Virus record (IMG/VR): IMGVR_UViG_2529292735_000017
Direction: 5' to 3' (one strand)
From: a virus
Lineage: Duplodnaviria > Heunggongvirae > Uroviricota > Caudoviricetes
DNA: 46,878 nt
Shown: positions 27,824-38,413 of the stretch, in pieces
Numbering within the stretch: position 1 is the first letter of the stretch
Layout: each line of letters begins with the position of its first letter
Translations under genes and position numbers: made by a program
The notes under the pieces: generated by a model
Told to the model about the DNA's origin: nothing
The model's input: only the letters and a program-made list of their open reading frames with translations
Database searches by the model: none

Positions 27824-29781
27824 ATGCAGGCAGGTCACCAGAGTGACGCGGATATTTATATTTATGACGAGATTGGTTTCTGGGGTGTTACGGCGAAGCA
27901 GTTTATCAGTGATCTGAATGCACTGGGCGATATCACCCACATTAATCTCCATATTAATTCACCGGGTGGCGATGTCTTTGAAGGCATCGCCATTTTTAAT
28001 GCACTGAAAACACATGGTGCGTCCATTACCGTTTATGTCGACGGTGTGGCGGCGTCAATGGCGTCGGTCATTGCGATGGTGGGAAACCCGGTCATTATGC
28101 CGGAAAACTCCTTCATGATGATTCATAAACCATTTGGCTTTACGGGCGGTGATGCGGAGGACATGCGCACCTATGCCGACCTGCTCGATAAAGTTGAGGC
28201 GGTTCTGTTACCCGCTTATGCACAGAAAACCGGGAAACCACCGATGAAATTGCTGCCATGCTGGCGGATGAGACCTGGATGTCCGGTGCCGAATGTCTGG
28301 CACAGGGATTTGCTGATCAGGTGACACCAGCCGTTAAGGCAATGGCATGTATTCAGTCAAAACGTACAGAGGAATTTAAAAAGATGCCGGAATCCATTCG
28401 AAATATGATTACTCCGCCACGCAACAGTGCTCCACGCGTACAGGATGATGGACCTGCAGCCTCCCGGACGCCAGTGCAGGCAGCAGCACCCGTGGTGGAT
28501 GAAAACAGCATCCGTGCGCAGGTCCTGGCAGAGCAAAAAGCGCGTGTAAACGGTATTAATGATCTGTTTGCCATGTTTGGCGGGCGTTATCAGTCGTTGC
28601 AGGCTCAGTGTCTTGCCGATCCTGAATGTTCGCTGGAGCAGGCCCGCGAAAAGCTGTTGAACGAGATGGGGCGCGAGTCCACGCCATCCAATAAAAATAC
28701 CCCGGCTCATATTTATGCCGGTAACGGTAATTTTGTGGGGGACGGGATCCGCCAGGCGCTGATGGCGCGCGCCGGGTTTGAAAAAACTGAACGTGATAAT
28801 GTCTACAACGGGATGACCCTGCGTGAATATGCCCGTATGTCACTGACTGAACGTGGTATTGGTGTTTCCAGTTATAACCCGATGCAGATGGTCGGTGCGG
28901 CGTTCACACACAGTACGTCTGACTTCGGTAATATTCTGCTGGATGTTGCGAACAAAGCCATTCTGCAGGGCTGGGAAGATGCCCCTGAAACCTATGAACA
29001 GTGGACGCGGAAAGGTCAGTTGTCTGATTTTAAAATTGCCCATCGTGTGGGTATGGGGGGCTTCAGTGCTCTGCGTCAGGTGCGTGAAGGGGCAGAATAT
29101 AAATACGTCACCACCGGAGATAAACAGGCCACTATTGCACTGGCGACCTATGGCGAGCTGTTCAGTATCACCCGTCAGGCCATTATCAATGATGATCTGA
29201 ATATGCTGACCGATGTCCCGATGAAGCTGGGCCGTGCGGCGAAATCCACTATTGCCGATCTGGTTTATGCCATTCTGACGTCTAACCCGAAAATCTCCAC
29301 AGATAATGTAAGTCTGTTCGATAAAGCGAAACATGCAAACGTACTGGAGAGCGCGGCAATGGACGTGGCATCGCTGGATAAAGCCCGCCAGTTGATGCGC
29401 GTTCAGAAAGAGGGTGAGCGTCATCTGAATATTCGTCCTGCGTTCGTACTGGTACCGACGGCGATGGAGTCTGTTGCTAACCAGGTCATTCGCTCCTCAA
29501 GTGTCAAGGGGGCTGACATTAACGCCGGTATTATTAACCCGGTGAAAGATTTTGCGACCGTTATTGCAGAGCCTCGTCTTGATGATAACAGCCAGACCAC
29601 CTTCTACCTGGCTGCGTCCAAAGGCTCCGATACGATTGAAGTGGCTTATCTCAACGGTGTGGATACGCCATATATTGATCAGATGGAGGGCTTCAGTGTG
29701 GATGGCGTGACAACGAAAGTGCGTATTGACGCTGGTGTTGCGCCAGTTGATCACCGCGGCCTGGTGAAATGTACGGCGTAA
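27824..29781 (+). CDS. Prohead protease (ClpP/S49-like)-scaffold-major capsid fusion; requires a frame change near 28232-28240
   Basis: ORF 27824-28324 has a ClpP-like core (…INSPGGDVFEG…SMASVIAMVGNPVIMPENSFMMIHKP…); ORF in the -1 frame (to 29781) continues the protease C-terminus, then capsid-like sequence; junction at A-run GGGAAACC. Confidence 0.7.
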
Positions 29782-29804
29782 ACGTCGCAGACAACAACTC
29801 TGAT

Positions 29805-29825
29805 GGCCCGTAAGGGCTTTTTTTG
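29805..29825 (+). terminator. Intrinsic terminator after capsid gene
   Basis: GGCCC-GTAA-GGGCT stem-loop followed by TTTTTTT. Confidence 0.5.
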
Positions 29826-29867
29826 TACCTGAAATCAGCCCCTGAACGGGGCTGTGCGGAGACAGTT

Positions 29868-30191
29868 ATGGCAAAGAATTTTGTAGAAGAAGGAAAAACG
29901 GTGGCGATTGTTGCCAGTGCAGCCATCAGCAGCGGAGATCTGGTGCAGGTGGGTGATGTTTTTGCGGTGGCGCTGACCGATATTCCACAGGGAGAAACAG
30001 GCGACGGCATAACCGAAGGTGTGTTTATGCTGCCTAAGCTGAAAACGGATGACATGAAAACGGGTAAGAAGGTTTATCTGAAGTCAGGAAAAGTTCAGCT
30101 GACTAACAGCGGCTCTGATCCGCTGGTCGGGGTTGTATGGGCAGATGCCGGAACCAGTGTAGAAGAAGTGCCGGTAAAACTCAATGTCTGA
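29868..30191 (+). CDS. Small head-associated protein (possible decoration/DUF2190-like)
   Basis: 107 aa from ATG at 29868; positional inference only. Confidence 0.45.
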   Translation: MAKNFVEEGKTVAIVASAAISSGDLVQVGDVFAVALTDIPQGETGDGITEGVFMLPKLKTDDMKTGKKVYLKSGKVQLTNSGSDPLVGVVWADAGTSVEEVPVKLNV

Positions 30192-30459
30192 TCCCTTTTC
30201 CCGGCTGGCAGCGCGTATGGATGCGATCACGGTCAGAAAGATGGGAAAGACAGCCTCGATTAATGATGTCGATATGACTGTGATCCCGGGAGAAACACTG
30301 GCAGAGCTGAATGCTCTGTCCGGACCTGCGGTCTCTCTGGTGGTGTTTTCTTCGGGATACCGCCCACGGCGCGGGGATCGCGTTGTTTATGACGGACAAC
30401 AATGGACGGTCACACGGCATGAACGTTTTAACGGTAAGCCAATGATCTTTATTGAGTAA
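30184..30459 (+). CDS. Head-tail connector protein (FII-like)
   Basis: 91 aa; …RRGDRVVYDGQQWTVTRHE… resembles the lambda FII C-terminal pattern; position. Confidence 0.5.
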   Translation: MSDPFSRLAARMDAITVRKMGKTASINDVDMTVIPGETLAELNALSGPAVSLVVFSSGYRPRRGDRVVYDGQQWTVTRHERFNGKPMIFIE

Positions 30460-30470
30460 AGAGGTGTGGG

Positions 30471-31049
30471 ATGAAGGGGCTTGAGAATGCCATCCGCAAT
30501 CTGAACAGCCTTGATACCCGTATGGTGCCACAGGCCAGCGCATGGGCGATAAACCGTGTGGCACAGAAAGCGGTCTCGGTTGCCACCCGGCAGGTTGCCG
30601 GGAATACCGTTGCGGGAGATAACCAGGTGAAAGGGATCCCCCTGAAACTGGTACGTCAGCGTGTCCGGGTGTTTAAAGCCAGTCCGTCAGGAAAAATGAC
30701 GGCCAGGATCCGCGTTAACCGGGGCAATCTGCCCGCCATTAAGCTAGGGACAGCCCGGGTCAGACTGGCCCGGCGTGGTGGAAAACTGCAGTACCGTGGC
30801 AGTGTGCTGAAGGTGGGTAAATATCTTTTCCGGGATGCGTTTATTCAGCAACTGGCGAATGGTCGCTGGCATGTGATGCGACGTATTGATGGCAAAAATC
30901 GTTACCCCATTGATGTGGTGAAAATCCCGCTGTCCGGACCGCTGACACAGGCATTTGAAGATGCCCGCGACCACATCATTGCTGCGGAAATGCCGAAACA
31001 GCTGGGGTATGCACTGAAACAACAACTGAGGTTATGGCTGACCCGATGA
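30471..31049 (+). CDS. Minor tail protein Z-like
   Basis: 192 aa, the same length as lambda gpZ; positioned immediately before the U homologue. Confidence 0.6.
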   Translation: MKGLENAIRNLNSLDTRMVPQASAWAINRVAQKAVSVATRQVAGNTVAGDNQVKGIPLKLVRQRVRVFKASPSGKMTARIRVNRGNLPAIKLGTARVRLARRGGKLQYRGSVLKVGKYLFRDAFIQQLANGRWHVMRRIDGKNRYPIDVVKIPLSGPLTQAFEDARDHIIAAEMPKQLGYALKQQLRLWLTR

Positions 31050-31447
31050 ACCGACATACACAAATCCGCCAGGCCGTACTGGCACGCCTTCGGGAACAGT
31101 GTGGAGACAGCGCCACGTTTTTTGACGGGCTTCCGGCATTTATTGATGCGCAGGAACTGCCTGCCGTGGCGGTGTGGCTGAGTGATGCTCAGTACACCGG
31201 AAAAATGACGGATGAAGATGACTGGCAGGCTGTTCTGCATATTGCCGTCTTCATCCGGGCACAGGCACCGGATTCAGAGCTGGATATGTGGATGGAGAGC
31301 ACCATTTTCCCTGCCCTGAATGATATACCGGCACTTTCCGGACTCATCGACACCCTGATCCCACTCGGTTTTAACTATCAACGTGATAATGAGATGGCCA
31401 CCTGGGCGATGGCGGAAATCACGTACCAGATCACGTACACGAATTAA
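31046..31447 (+). CDS. U: Tail terminator protein U
   Basis: …ATFFDGLPAFIDAQELPAVAVWLSDAQYTG…WQAVLHIAVFIRAQAPDSELDMWMESTIFPALNDIPALSGLI… parallels remembered lambda gpU. Confidence 0.8.
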   Translation: MNRHTQIRQAVLARLREQCGDSATFFDGLPAFIDAQELPAVAVWLSDAQYTGKMTDEDDWQAVLHIAVFIRAQAPDSELDMWMESTIFPALNDIPALSGLIDTLIPLGFNYQRDNEMATWAMAEITYQITYTN

Positions 31448-31457
31448 GGAGGTGGTA

Positions 31458-32201
31458 ATGACCACACCAAATCCACTGGCAAAGACGAAAGGTGCGGGGA
31501 CGACGTTCTGGATGTATACCGGCAACGGCGATGCGTTTGCGAACCCTTTGTCGGACACTGACTGGCTGCGTCTTGCGATGGTGAAGGATCTGCAACCTGG
31601 CGAAATGACCGCTGATGCAGAAGATGACACTTATCTCGATGATGAAGATGCAGACTGGAAAACGACAACCCAGGGGCAGAAATCCGTTGGTGATACTTCG
31701 GCGACGCTGGCCTGGCGTCCGGGTGACAGCGGGCAGAAAAAACTGGTTCAGTTGTTCGACTCCGGTGAAGTCTGCGCGTTTCGTATCAAATATCCCAACG
31801 GCACTGTTGATGTTTTCCGTGGCTGGCTGAGCTCACTGGGTAAAACCATTGCCTCAAAAGACGTGATGACCCGCACTGTGAAAATCAGCGGTGTGGGGCG
31901 TCCGTATCTGGCAGAGGAAGGCACTGAAACCGTGAGCGTTACCGGGCTGACAGTATCACCGGCGTCTGCCAGTGTAAAAGTGGGAGCAACCACCACGCTG
32001 ACCTTTACAGTAAAACCTGACGGAGCCAGTGACAAAGCGATCAGTGTGCATTCGTCAGATCCACAGACTGCCACGGTTACCCTGAACGGACTTGTGGCCA
32101 CGGTAAAAGGCGTGAAGCAGGGCAGTGTCAGCATTGTGGGCATGACCGCTGACGGGAATTTTGTGGCTGTGACTGCGGTGACTGTCAGCGCAGCAGGTTA
32201 A
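31458..32201 (+). CDS. V: Major tail protein V (with C-terminal Ig-like domain)
   Basis: …NPLAKTKGAGTTFWMYTGNGDAFANPLSDTDW…YLDDEDADWKTT…RIKYPNGTVDVFRGW… closely parallels lambda gpV. Confidence 0.85.
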   Translation: MTTPNPLAKTKGAGTTFWMYTGNGDAFANPLSDTDWLRLAMVKDLQPGEMTADAEDDTYLDDEDADWKTTTQGQKSVGDTSATLAWRPGDSGQKKLVQLFDSGEVCAFRIKYPNGTVDVFRGWLSSLGKTIASKDVMTRTVKISGVGRPYLAEEGTETVSVTGLTVSPASASVKVGATTTLTFTVKPDGASDKAISVHSSDPQTATVTLNGLVATVKGVKQGSVSIVGMTADGNFVAVTAVTVSAAG

Positions 32202-32221
32202 CAGGACGATACTCATCATTT

Positions 32222-32245
32222 GCCCCGGTTATGCGGGGCTTTTTT
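32222..32245 (+). terminator. Putative intrinsic terminator between V and G
   Basis: GCCCCG-gttatg-CGGGGC stem-loop followed by TTTTTT. Confidence 0.45.
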
Positions 32246-32258
32246 GCAGGTGGAGAAC

Positions 32259-32648
32259 ATGATGTTTCTGAAACAGGACACGTTTAATTATGAAAAACAG
32301 TCCGTGGTGCTCAGTGAGCTGTCCGGGCTGCAGAGAATTGAATATCTGACGTTTGTTCAGCAGCGAACGGCAAAGTTTGATGCCGGGGAGGGAGAACTGC
32401 CGGAGGCTGAACGACAGATTGCTTTTCTGCGGATGGGGATGGATATCAATGCCTGGCTGGTTTCCCGCTCACTGTGGAATGCGGATCAGTCTAAGGATGT
32501 AGAGACGCTTTGCGCATCCGTTATTACAACATGGTCGTATGATGCCCTGGGTGCGGGGGCGGAGATGGTTCTGTCGCTGAGCGGTATGGGGGCCATTGAT
32601 AATGCCGTGGATGATGAGCATGAGGCGCTGACGCCGGAAAAGTCCTGA
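32259..32648 (+). CDS. G: Tail assembly chaperone G
   Basis: MMFLKQDTFNYEKQSVVLSELSGLQRIEYL… parallels the lambda gpG N-terminus; GGTGGAG RBS. Confidence 0.8.
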   Translation: MMFLKQDTFNYEKQSVVLSELSGLQRIEYLTFVQQRTAKFDAGEGELPEAERQIAFLRMGMDINAWLVSRSLWNADQSKDVETLCASVITTWSYDALGAGAEMVLSLSGMGAIDNAVDDEHEALTPEKS

Positions 32649-32986
32649 CGCGGGAAATGCAGTTTGTCATGCGGCTTGCCCGGGAGTTCCGGCGGGCAGA
32701 CTGGCGGCGGATGCTGTCGGAAATGTCGGCCACTGAGCTTGGTGAGTGGGGCGATTATTTCCGGATGCAGAGCTTCAGTGATGTGTGGATGGATGCGCAG
32801 TTTGCCTCGCTGAAGGCATTGATCGTGAGAATGGTGTCCGGCAGCAGTGATGCTGCGGTGGCTGATTTCAGCCTTTTACCGGAAGAGAACGGGATACCGG
32901 AGCGAACGGACGAAGAACTGATGCATCTTGGGGAAGGTATTTCCGGAGGTGTGCGTTATGGACCAGATAGCCAACCTGGTCATTGA
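32259..32986 (+). CDS. Tail assembly chaperone G-T fusion via programmed -1 frameshift
   Basis: -1 frame is open only from 32624 and runs to 32986 overlapping the G stop; candidate slip site CCGGAAAAG (32634-32642). Confidence 0.55.
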
Positions 32987-35900
32987 TTTGGGGATTGATG
33001 CGGCAGAGTTTAAAAATGAAATTCCCCGTATCAAAAACCTTCTGAATGGTGCAGCCAGCGATGCAGAACGGTCTTCTGCCCGTATGCAGCGTTTTATGGA
33101 GCGTCAGACTCAGGCCGCCCGGCAGACAACGCAGGCAGCTTCTTCGGCTGCAACAGCCGCATCCGTCCATGCGCAGACGGTGGAGAAGAACGCACAGGCT
33201 CATGAACGCATGGCCCGCGAGGTGGAGAAAACCCGCCAGCGCATGGAGGCACTGAGCCAGAAAATGCGCGAGGAACAGGCGCAGGCCATGGCTCTGGCGG
33301 AGGCTCAGGATAAAGCGGCTGCTGCGTTTTATCGTCAGATTGACAGTGTGAAACAGGCCAGTGCGGGGCTGCAGGAATTACAGCGTATTCAGCAGCAGAT
33401 CCGACAGGCCAGAAACAGTGGCGGGATTGGTCAGCAGGATTATCTGGCGCTGATTTCTGAGGTTACTGCGAAAACCCGTGTTCTTACACAGGCTGAGGAA
33501 GAGGCTACCCGACAGAAAGTGGCGTTTATCCGTCAGCTTAAAGAGCAGGCAACCCGCCTGAATCTTTCATCTTCTGAGTTGCTTCGTGCTAAGGCAGCCC
33601 AGCTGGGGGTAAGCAGTGCTGCAGAAGTGTATATCCGCAAAATGGAGCAGGCAGGAAAAGCCACGCATTCGCTGGGTCTGAAAAGTGCAGCAGCCCGCCA
33701 GGAGATAGGCGTTCTGATAGGTGAACTGGCCCGCGGCAATTTAGGGGCGCTGAGGGGATCCGGGATAACGCTGGCTAACCGTGCCGGATGGATAGACACA
33801 CTGATGTCACCGAAAGGCATGATGCTTGGCGGGGTTATTGGCGGTATTGCCGCGGCCGTCTATGGTCTGGGTAAAGCCTGGTATGACGGTCAGAAGGAGG
33901 GGGAAGAATTTAACCGCCAGTTGTCGCTGACGGGGCATTATGCCGGAGTCACTGCCGGGCAGCTGTGGACGCTCAGTCGTGCTATTTCCGGGAATGGTAT
34001 CACGCAACATGCTGCAGCCGGTGCGCTGGCTCAGGTGGTGGGGAGTGGTGCATTTCGTGGAAACGATATCGGTATGGTGGCGAGAGCTGCCGCACAGATG
34101 GAGCGATCGGTTGGCCAGTCGGTCAGCGATACCATAAATCAGTTTAAGCGGCTGAAGGATGATCCTGTAAATGCCGCGAAGGCTCTGGACAATGAGCTGC
34201 ATTTTCTTACTGCCACTCAGCTTGAGCAGATACGCGTCCTTGGGGAGCAGGGGCGGTCCAGTGATGCTGCACGGATAGCCATGTCTGCACTGGCAGAGGA
34301 AACCGGTCGGCGTACTGCGGATATTGATAATAACCTCAATGCGCTTGGCAGTACGCTGAAGTATCTGTCTGATTTGTGGAGTCGTTTCTGGGATGCGGCC
34401 ATGAATATTGGTCGTGAAGACTCGCTGGATGAACAGATTGCCGCTTTACAGGAGAAAGTGTCGCGGGCGAAAAGACTCCCCTGGACGGCATCATCTTCTC
34501 AGGTTGAATACGATCAGCAGCGTCTTAACGATCTTCAGGAGAAAAAACGCCAGAAGGATTTGCAGGATGCAAAAGAGCAGGCAGAGCGGAATTATCAGGA
34601 GCAACAGAAACGCCGTAATGCTGAAAATGCTGCACTGAACCGGATGAATGAAACGGAAGCAGCACGACATCAGCGTGAAATTGCGCGTATTAATGCCATG
34701 CAGTACGCCGATCAGGCTGTCAGGGATGCGGCGATACAACGTGAAAATGAACGTTACGAGAAAGCCCTGGCATCCGGTAAGAAAAAAACACGCGAAACCC
34801 GTAATGATGAGGCCACCCGGTTATTGCTGCAGTACAGTCAGCAACAGGCACAGGTGGAAGGACAGATTGCTGCTGCCAGACAGTCAGCAGGCATTGCCAC
34901 GGAAAGGATGACAGAAGCGCATAAACAGCTTCTGGCTCTGCAGCAGCGCATCAGCGACCTGGACGGGAAAAAACTGACGGCAGATGAAAAGAGTGTGCTG
35001 GCCCGTAAAGATGAACTGATTCAGGCACTGACGCTGCTGGATGTAAAACAGCAGGAGCTTCAGAAACAGACGGCACTCAACGAGCTGAAGAAAAAACAAT
35101 TCAGCTGACCAGTCAACTGGCTGAAGAAGAGCGCGCTCAGCGTCAGCAACATGACCTGGATATCGCCACGGTGGGTATGGGTGATCAGCAGCGACAGCGA
35201 TATCAGGTACAACTGAGTCTTCGCCAGAAATACCAGCAACAGCTGGAGCAGTTGAGGCGGGATAGTGAGCAGAAAGGGACATATAACACGGATGACTACA
35301 GAAAGGCCGAGCAGGCGCTGACGGAGAGCCTGAACCGACAACTGAATGAGAATCGCCGTTACTGGCAACAGCTTGAAGTTGTGCAGGGTAACTGGAAAAA
35401 CGGAGTCCTGCGTGCATTTCAGGATTTTACCGTGGATGCAGATAATACGGCAGAAACAGCAGAACAGGTGTTCTCGTCAGCCTTCAGCAACATGGGAAAT
35501 GGCCTGGCAACTTTTGTCACTACCGGCAAACTCAATTTCAAATCCTTCACCTCTTCTGTGCTGTCAGATATGGCGAAAATCCTGGCGCAGGCAACCATGA
35601 TGAAATCGATAAAAGGGATTGGCAGTGTACTGGGATTTGATCTCAGCAGCCTTTCCCTGAATGCCAATGGGGGGATTTATCAGTCTGCTGATTTGAGTCG
35701 TTACAGTGGCACGGTGGTTAACCGTCCGACGTTTTTTGCTTTTGCAAAAGGCGCGGGTGTGATGGGGGAAGCGGGACCTGAAGCCATTCTGCCATTGCGT
35801 CGTGGTGCTGACGGTAAGCTGGGGGTTGTGGCGGATATTGGGGGTTCAGGTATGGCGATGTTTTCCCCGCAGTACAACATCGAGATCAATAACGATGGCA

Positions 35901-36022
35901 CGAACGGGCAGATAGGTCCGGCTGCCCTGAAGGTGGTTTATGACCTTGGGAAAAAAGCGGCAGCGGACTTTATGCAACAGCAGGCCCGTGATGGTGGTCG
36001 GTTAAGTGGAGCATATCGGTAA
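32958..36022 (+). CDS. H: Tail tape measure protein H; reading frame interrupted in an A6 tract at 35091-35096
   Basis: Coiled-coil N-terminal two thirds to a stop at 35108; -1 frame continues with a gpH-like C-terminus (…GGIYQSADLS…RPTFFAFAKGAGVMGEAGPEAILPL…) to 36022. Confidence 0.75.
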
Positions 36023-36351
36023 TGGAGACGTTTCACTGGAAAGTGCGCCCGGATATGAATGTGGTATCAGAGCCGAAAGTGGTGACAGTGAAGCTGGGCG
36101 ATGGTTATGAACAGCGTCGTGCGGCGGGACTGAATAACCAGTTGTCGATTTACAGCGTGACGATACGTGTTCGTAAATGTGAACACCCATCTTTAAAAGC
36201 CTTTCTGGAACGGCACGGTGGCGTCCGCGCATTTCAGTGGACGCCACCTTATGACTGGAAGCCGATCAGGGTGGTTTGTCGTAAATGGTCGGCAAGCGTG
36301 GGGGCGTTGTGGGTAACCATAACGGCAGATTTTGAACAGGTCGTGGCATAG
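36022..36351 (+). CDS. M: Minor tail protein M
   Basis: 109 aa, same length and position as lambda gpM. Confidence 0.8.
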   Translation: METFHWKVRPDMNVVSEPKVVTVKLGDGYEQRRAAGLNNQLSIYSVTIRVRKCEHPSLKAFLERHGGVRAFQWTPPYDWKPIRVVCRKWSASVGALWVTITADFEQVVA

Positions 36352-36360
36352 GAGTCTCTG

Positions 36361-37059
36361 ATGCAGGATATTCCACAGGAAACACATCATGAGACGACAC
36401 GCCTCACTCAGTCAGCCCAGGTGGTGCTCTGGGAAATCGATCTGACAGTGGTCGGTGGAGAACGTTATTTTTTCTGTAATGAGCAGAACGATAAAGGTGA
36501 GCCGGTCACCTGGCAGAGGCGACAGTATCAGGCGTATCCCATTCAGGGGACGGGATTTGAACTGAACGGCAAAGGCAGTGCTGCCCGTCCGACACTGACG
36601 GTTTCTAACCTGCACGGCATGGTCACCGGGATGGCGGAAGACCTGCAGAGTCTGGTCGGAGGAACGGTGGTCCGGCGTAAGGTTTACGCCCGTTTTCTGG
36701 ATGCGGTGAACTTCGTCAACGGAAACAGTGACGCCGATCCGGAGCAGGAGGTGATCAGCCGCTGGCGCATCGAGCAGTGCAGCGAACTGAGCGCGGTGAG
36801 TGCCTCTTTTGTACTGTCCACGCCGACGGAAACGGACGGCGCTGTTTTTCCGGGGCGCATCATGCTGGCTAATACCTGCACCTGGACCTATCGCGGTGAT
36901 GAGTGCGGTTATCACGGTCCGGCGGTCGCGGATGAATATGACCAGCCGACCTCCGATATCACGAAGGATAAATGCAGCAAATGCCTGAGCGGCTGTAAGT
37001 TTCGCAATAACGTCGGCAACTTTGGCGGCTTCCTTTCCATTAACAAACTTTCGCAGTGA
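36361..37059 (+). CDS. L: Minor tail protein L
   Basis: 232 aa, same length as lambda gpL; C-terminal Cys cluster (CSKCLSGCKFRNN). Confidence 0.85.
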   Translation: MQDIPQETHHETTRLTQSAQVVLWEIDLTVVGGERYFFCNEQNDKGEPVTWQRRQYQAYPIQGTGFELNGKGSAARPTLTVSNLHGMVTGMAEDLQSLVGGTVVRRKVYARFLDAVNFVNGNSDADPEQEVISRWRIEQCSELSAVSASFVLSTPTETDGAVFPGRIMLANTCTWTYRGDECGYHGPAVADEYDQPTSDITKDKCSKCLSGCKFRNNVGNFGGFLSINKLSQ

Positions 37060-37808
37060 ATCCCATGACAGAGACAGAATCAGCGATTCTGGCGCACGCC
37101 CGGCGATGTGCGCCAGCGGAGTCGTGCGGCTTCGTGGTGAGAACACCGGAGGGGGAAAGATATTTTCCCTGCGTGAATATCTCCGGTGAGCCGGAGGAGT
37201 ATTTCCGGATGTCGCCGGAGGACTGGCTGCGGGCAGAGATGCAGGGTGAGATTGTGGCGCTGGTCCACAGTCACCCCGGTGGTCTGCCCTGGCTGAGTGA
37301 GACCGACCGGCGGCTGCAGGTGCAGAGTGATTTGCCGTGGTGGCTGGTTTGCCGGGGGGCGATTCACAAGTTCCGCTGTGTGCCACATCTTTCCGGGCGG
37401 CGCTTTGAGCACGGGGTGACGGACTGTTACACGCTGTTCCGGGATGCTTACCATCTGGCGGGGATTGAGATGCCGGATTTTCATCGCGAGGATGACTGGT
37501 GGCGTAACGGTCAGAATCTCTATCTGGATAATCTGGAGGCTACAGGGCTGTATCAGGTGCCGTTGTCAGCGGCGCAGCCGGGCGATGTGCTGCTGTGCTG
37601 TTTTGGTTCATCGGTGCCGAATCATGCCGCCATTTACTGTGGTGACGGCGAGCTGCTGCACCATATTCCTGAACAACTGAGCAAACGAGAGAGGTACACC
37701 GACAAATGGCAGCGACGCACACACTCCCTCTGGCGTCACCGGGCATGGCACGCATCTGCCTTTACGGGGATTTACAACGATTTGGCCGCCGCATCGACCT
37801 TCGAGTGA
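37056..37808 (+). CDS. K: Tail tip assembly protein K (MPN/JAB + NlpC/P60-like)
   Basis: MPN-like …EIVALVHSHPGG… motif and C-terminal Cys/His peptidase-like region; position. Confidence 0.8.
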   Translation: MNPMTETESAILAHARRCAPAESCGFVVRTPEGERYFPCVNISGEPEEYFRMSPEDWLRAEMQGEIVALVHSHPGGLPWLSETDRRLQVQSDLPWWLVCRGAIHKFRCVPHLSGRRFEHGVTDCYTLFRDAYHLAGIEMPDFHREDDWWRNGQNLYLDNLEATGLYQVPLSAAQPGDVLLCCFGSSVPNHAAIYCGDGELLHHIPEQLSKRERYTDKWQRRTHSLWRHRAWHASAFTGIYNDLAAASTFE

Positions 37809-38353
37809 AAACGGGGTCCGAAGCCATCCGGGCGCTGGCCATGCAGATCCCGGCGTTTCGTCAGAAACTGAGCGACGGCTGGTACCAGGTACGCATTGCC
37901 GGGCGTGATGCAGGTGAAACCGAATTGTCTGCCCGTCTTAATGAGCCGCTGGCAAATGGTGCCGTGATCCACATCGTGCCGCGTCTGGCGGGAGCTAAAA
38001 GTGGCGGTGTGTTTCAGGTGGTGCTGGGGGCGGCGCTGATTGCGGTGGCATGGTGGAACCCTGTGGGCTGGCTGGGTGCCGCGGCTGTATCGGGCATGTA
38101 TGCGGCAGGGGCCAGTATGATCCTGGGCGGAGTGGCGCAGATGCTGGCACCGAAAGCCAGGACGCCCACGGCAGCAAGTACAGATAACGGCAAACAGAAC
38201 ACCTATTTCTCCTCACTGGATAACATGGTTGCCCAGGGCAATGTTCTGCCCGTTCTGTACGGTGAAATGCGCGTGGGGTCGCGGGTGGTCTCTCAGGAGA
38301 TCAGCACGGCAGACGAAGGGGATGGTGGTCAGGTTGTGGTGATTGGTCGCTGA
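37706..38353 (+). CDS. I: Tail tip assembly protein I
   Basis: MAATHTLPLASPGMARICLYGDLQRFGRRIDLRVKTG… and C-terminal …NGKQNTYFSSLDNMVAQGNVLPVLYGEMRVGSRVVSQEISTADEGDGGQVVVIGR parallel lambda gpI. Confidence 0.8.
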   Translation: MAATHTLPLASPGMARICLYGDLQRFGRRIDLRVKTGSEAIRALAMQIPAFRQKLSDGWYQVRIAGRDAGETELSARLNEPLANGAVIHIVPRLAGAKSGGVFQVVLGAALIAVAWWNPVGWLGAAAVSGMYAAGASMILGGVAQMLAPKARTPTAASTDNGKQNTYFSSLDNMVAQGNVLPVLYGEMRVGSRVVSQEISTADEGDGGQVVVIGR

Positions 38354-38413
38354 TGAAAAACGTTTTATGTGAAACCGCCTCCGGGCGGTTTTGTCGTTTA
38401 TGGAGCGTGAGGA

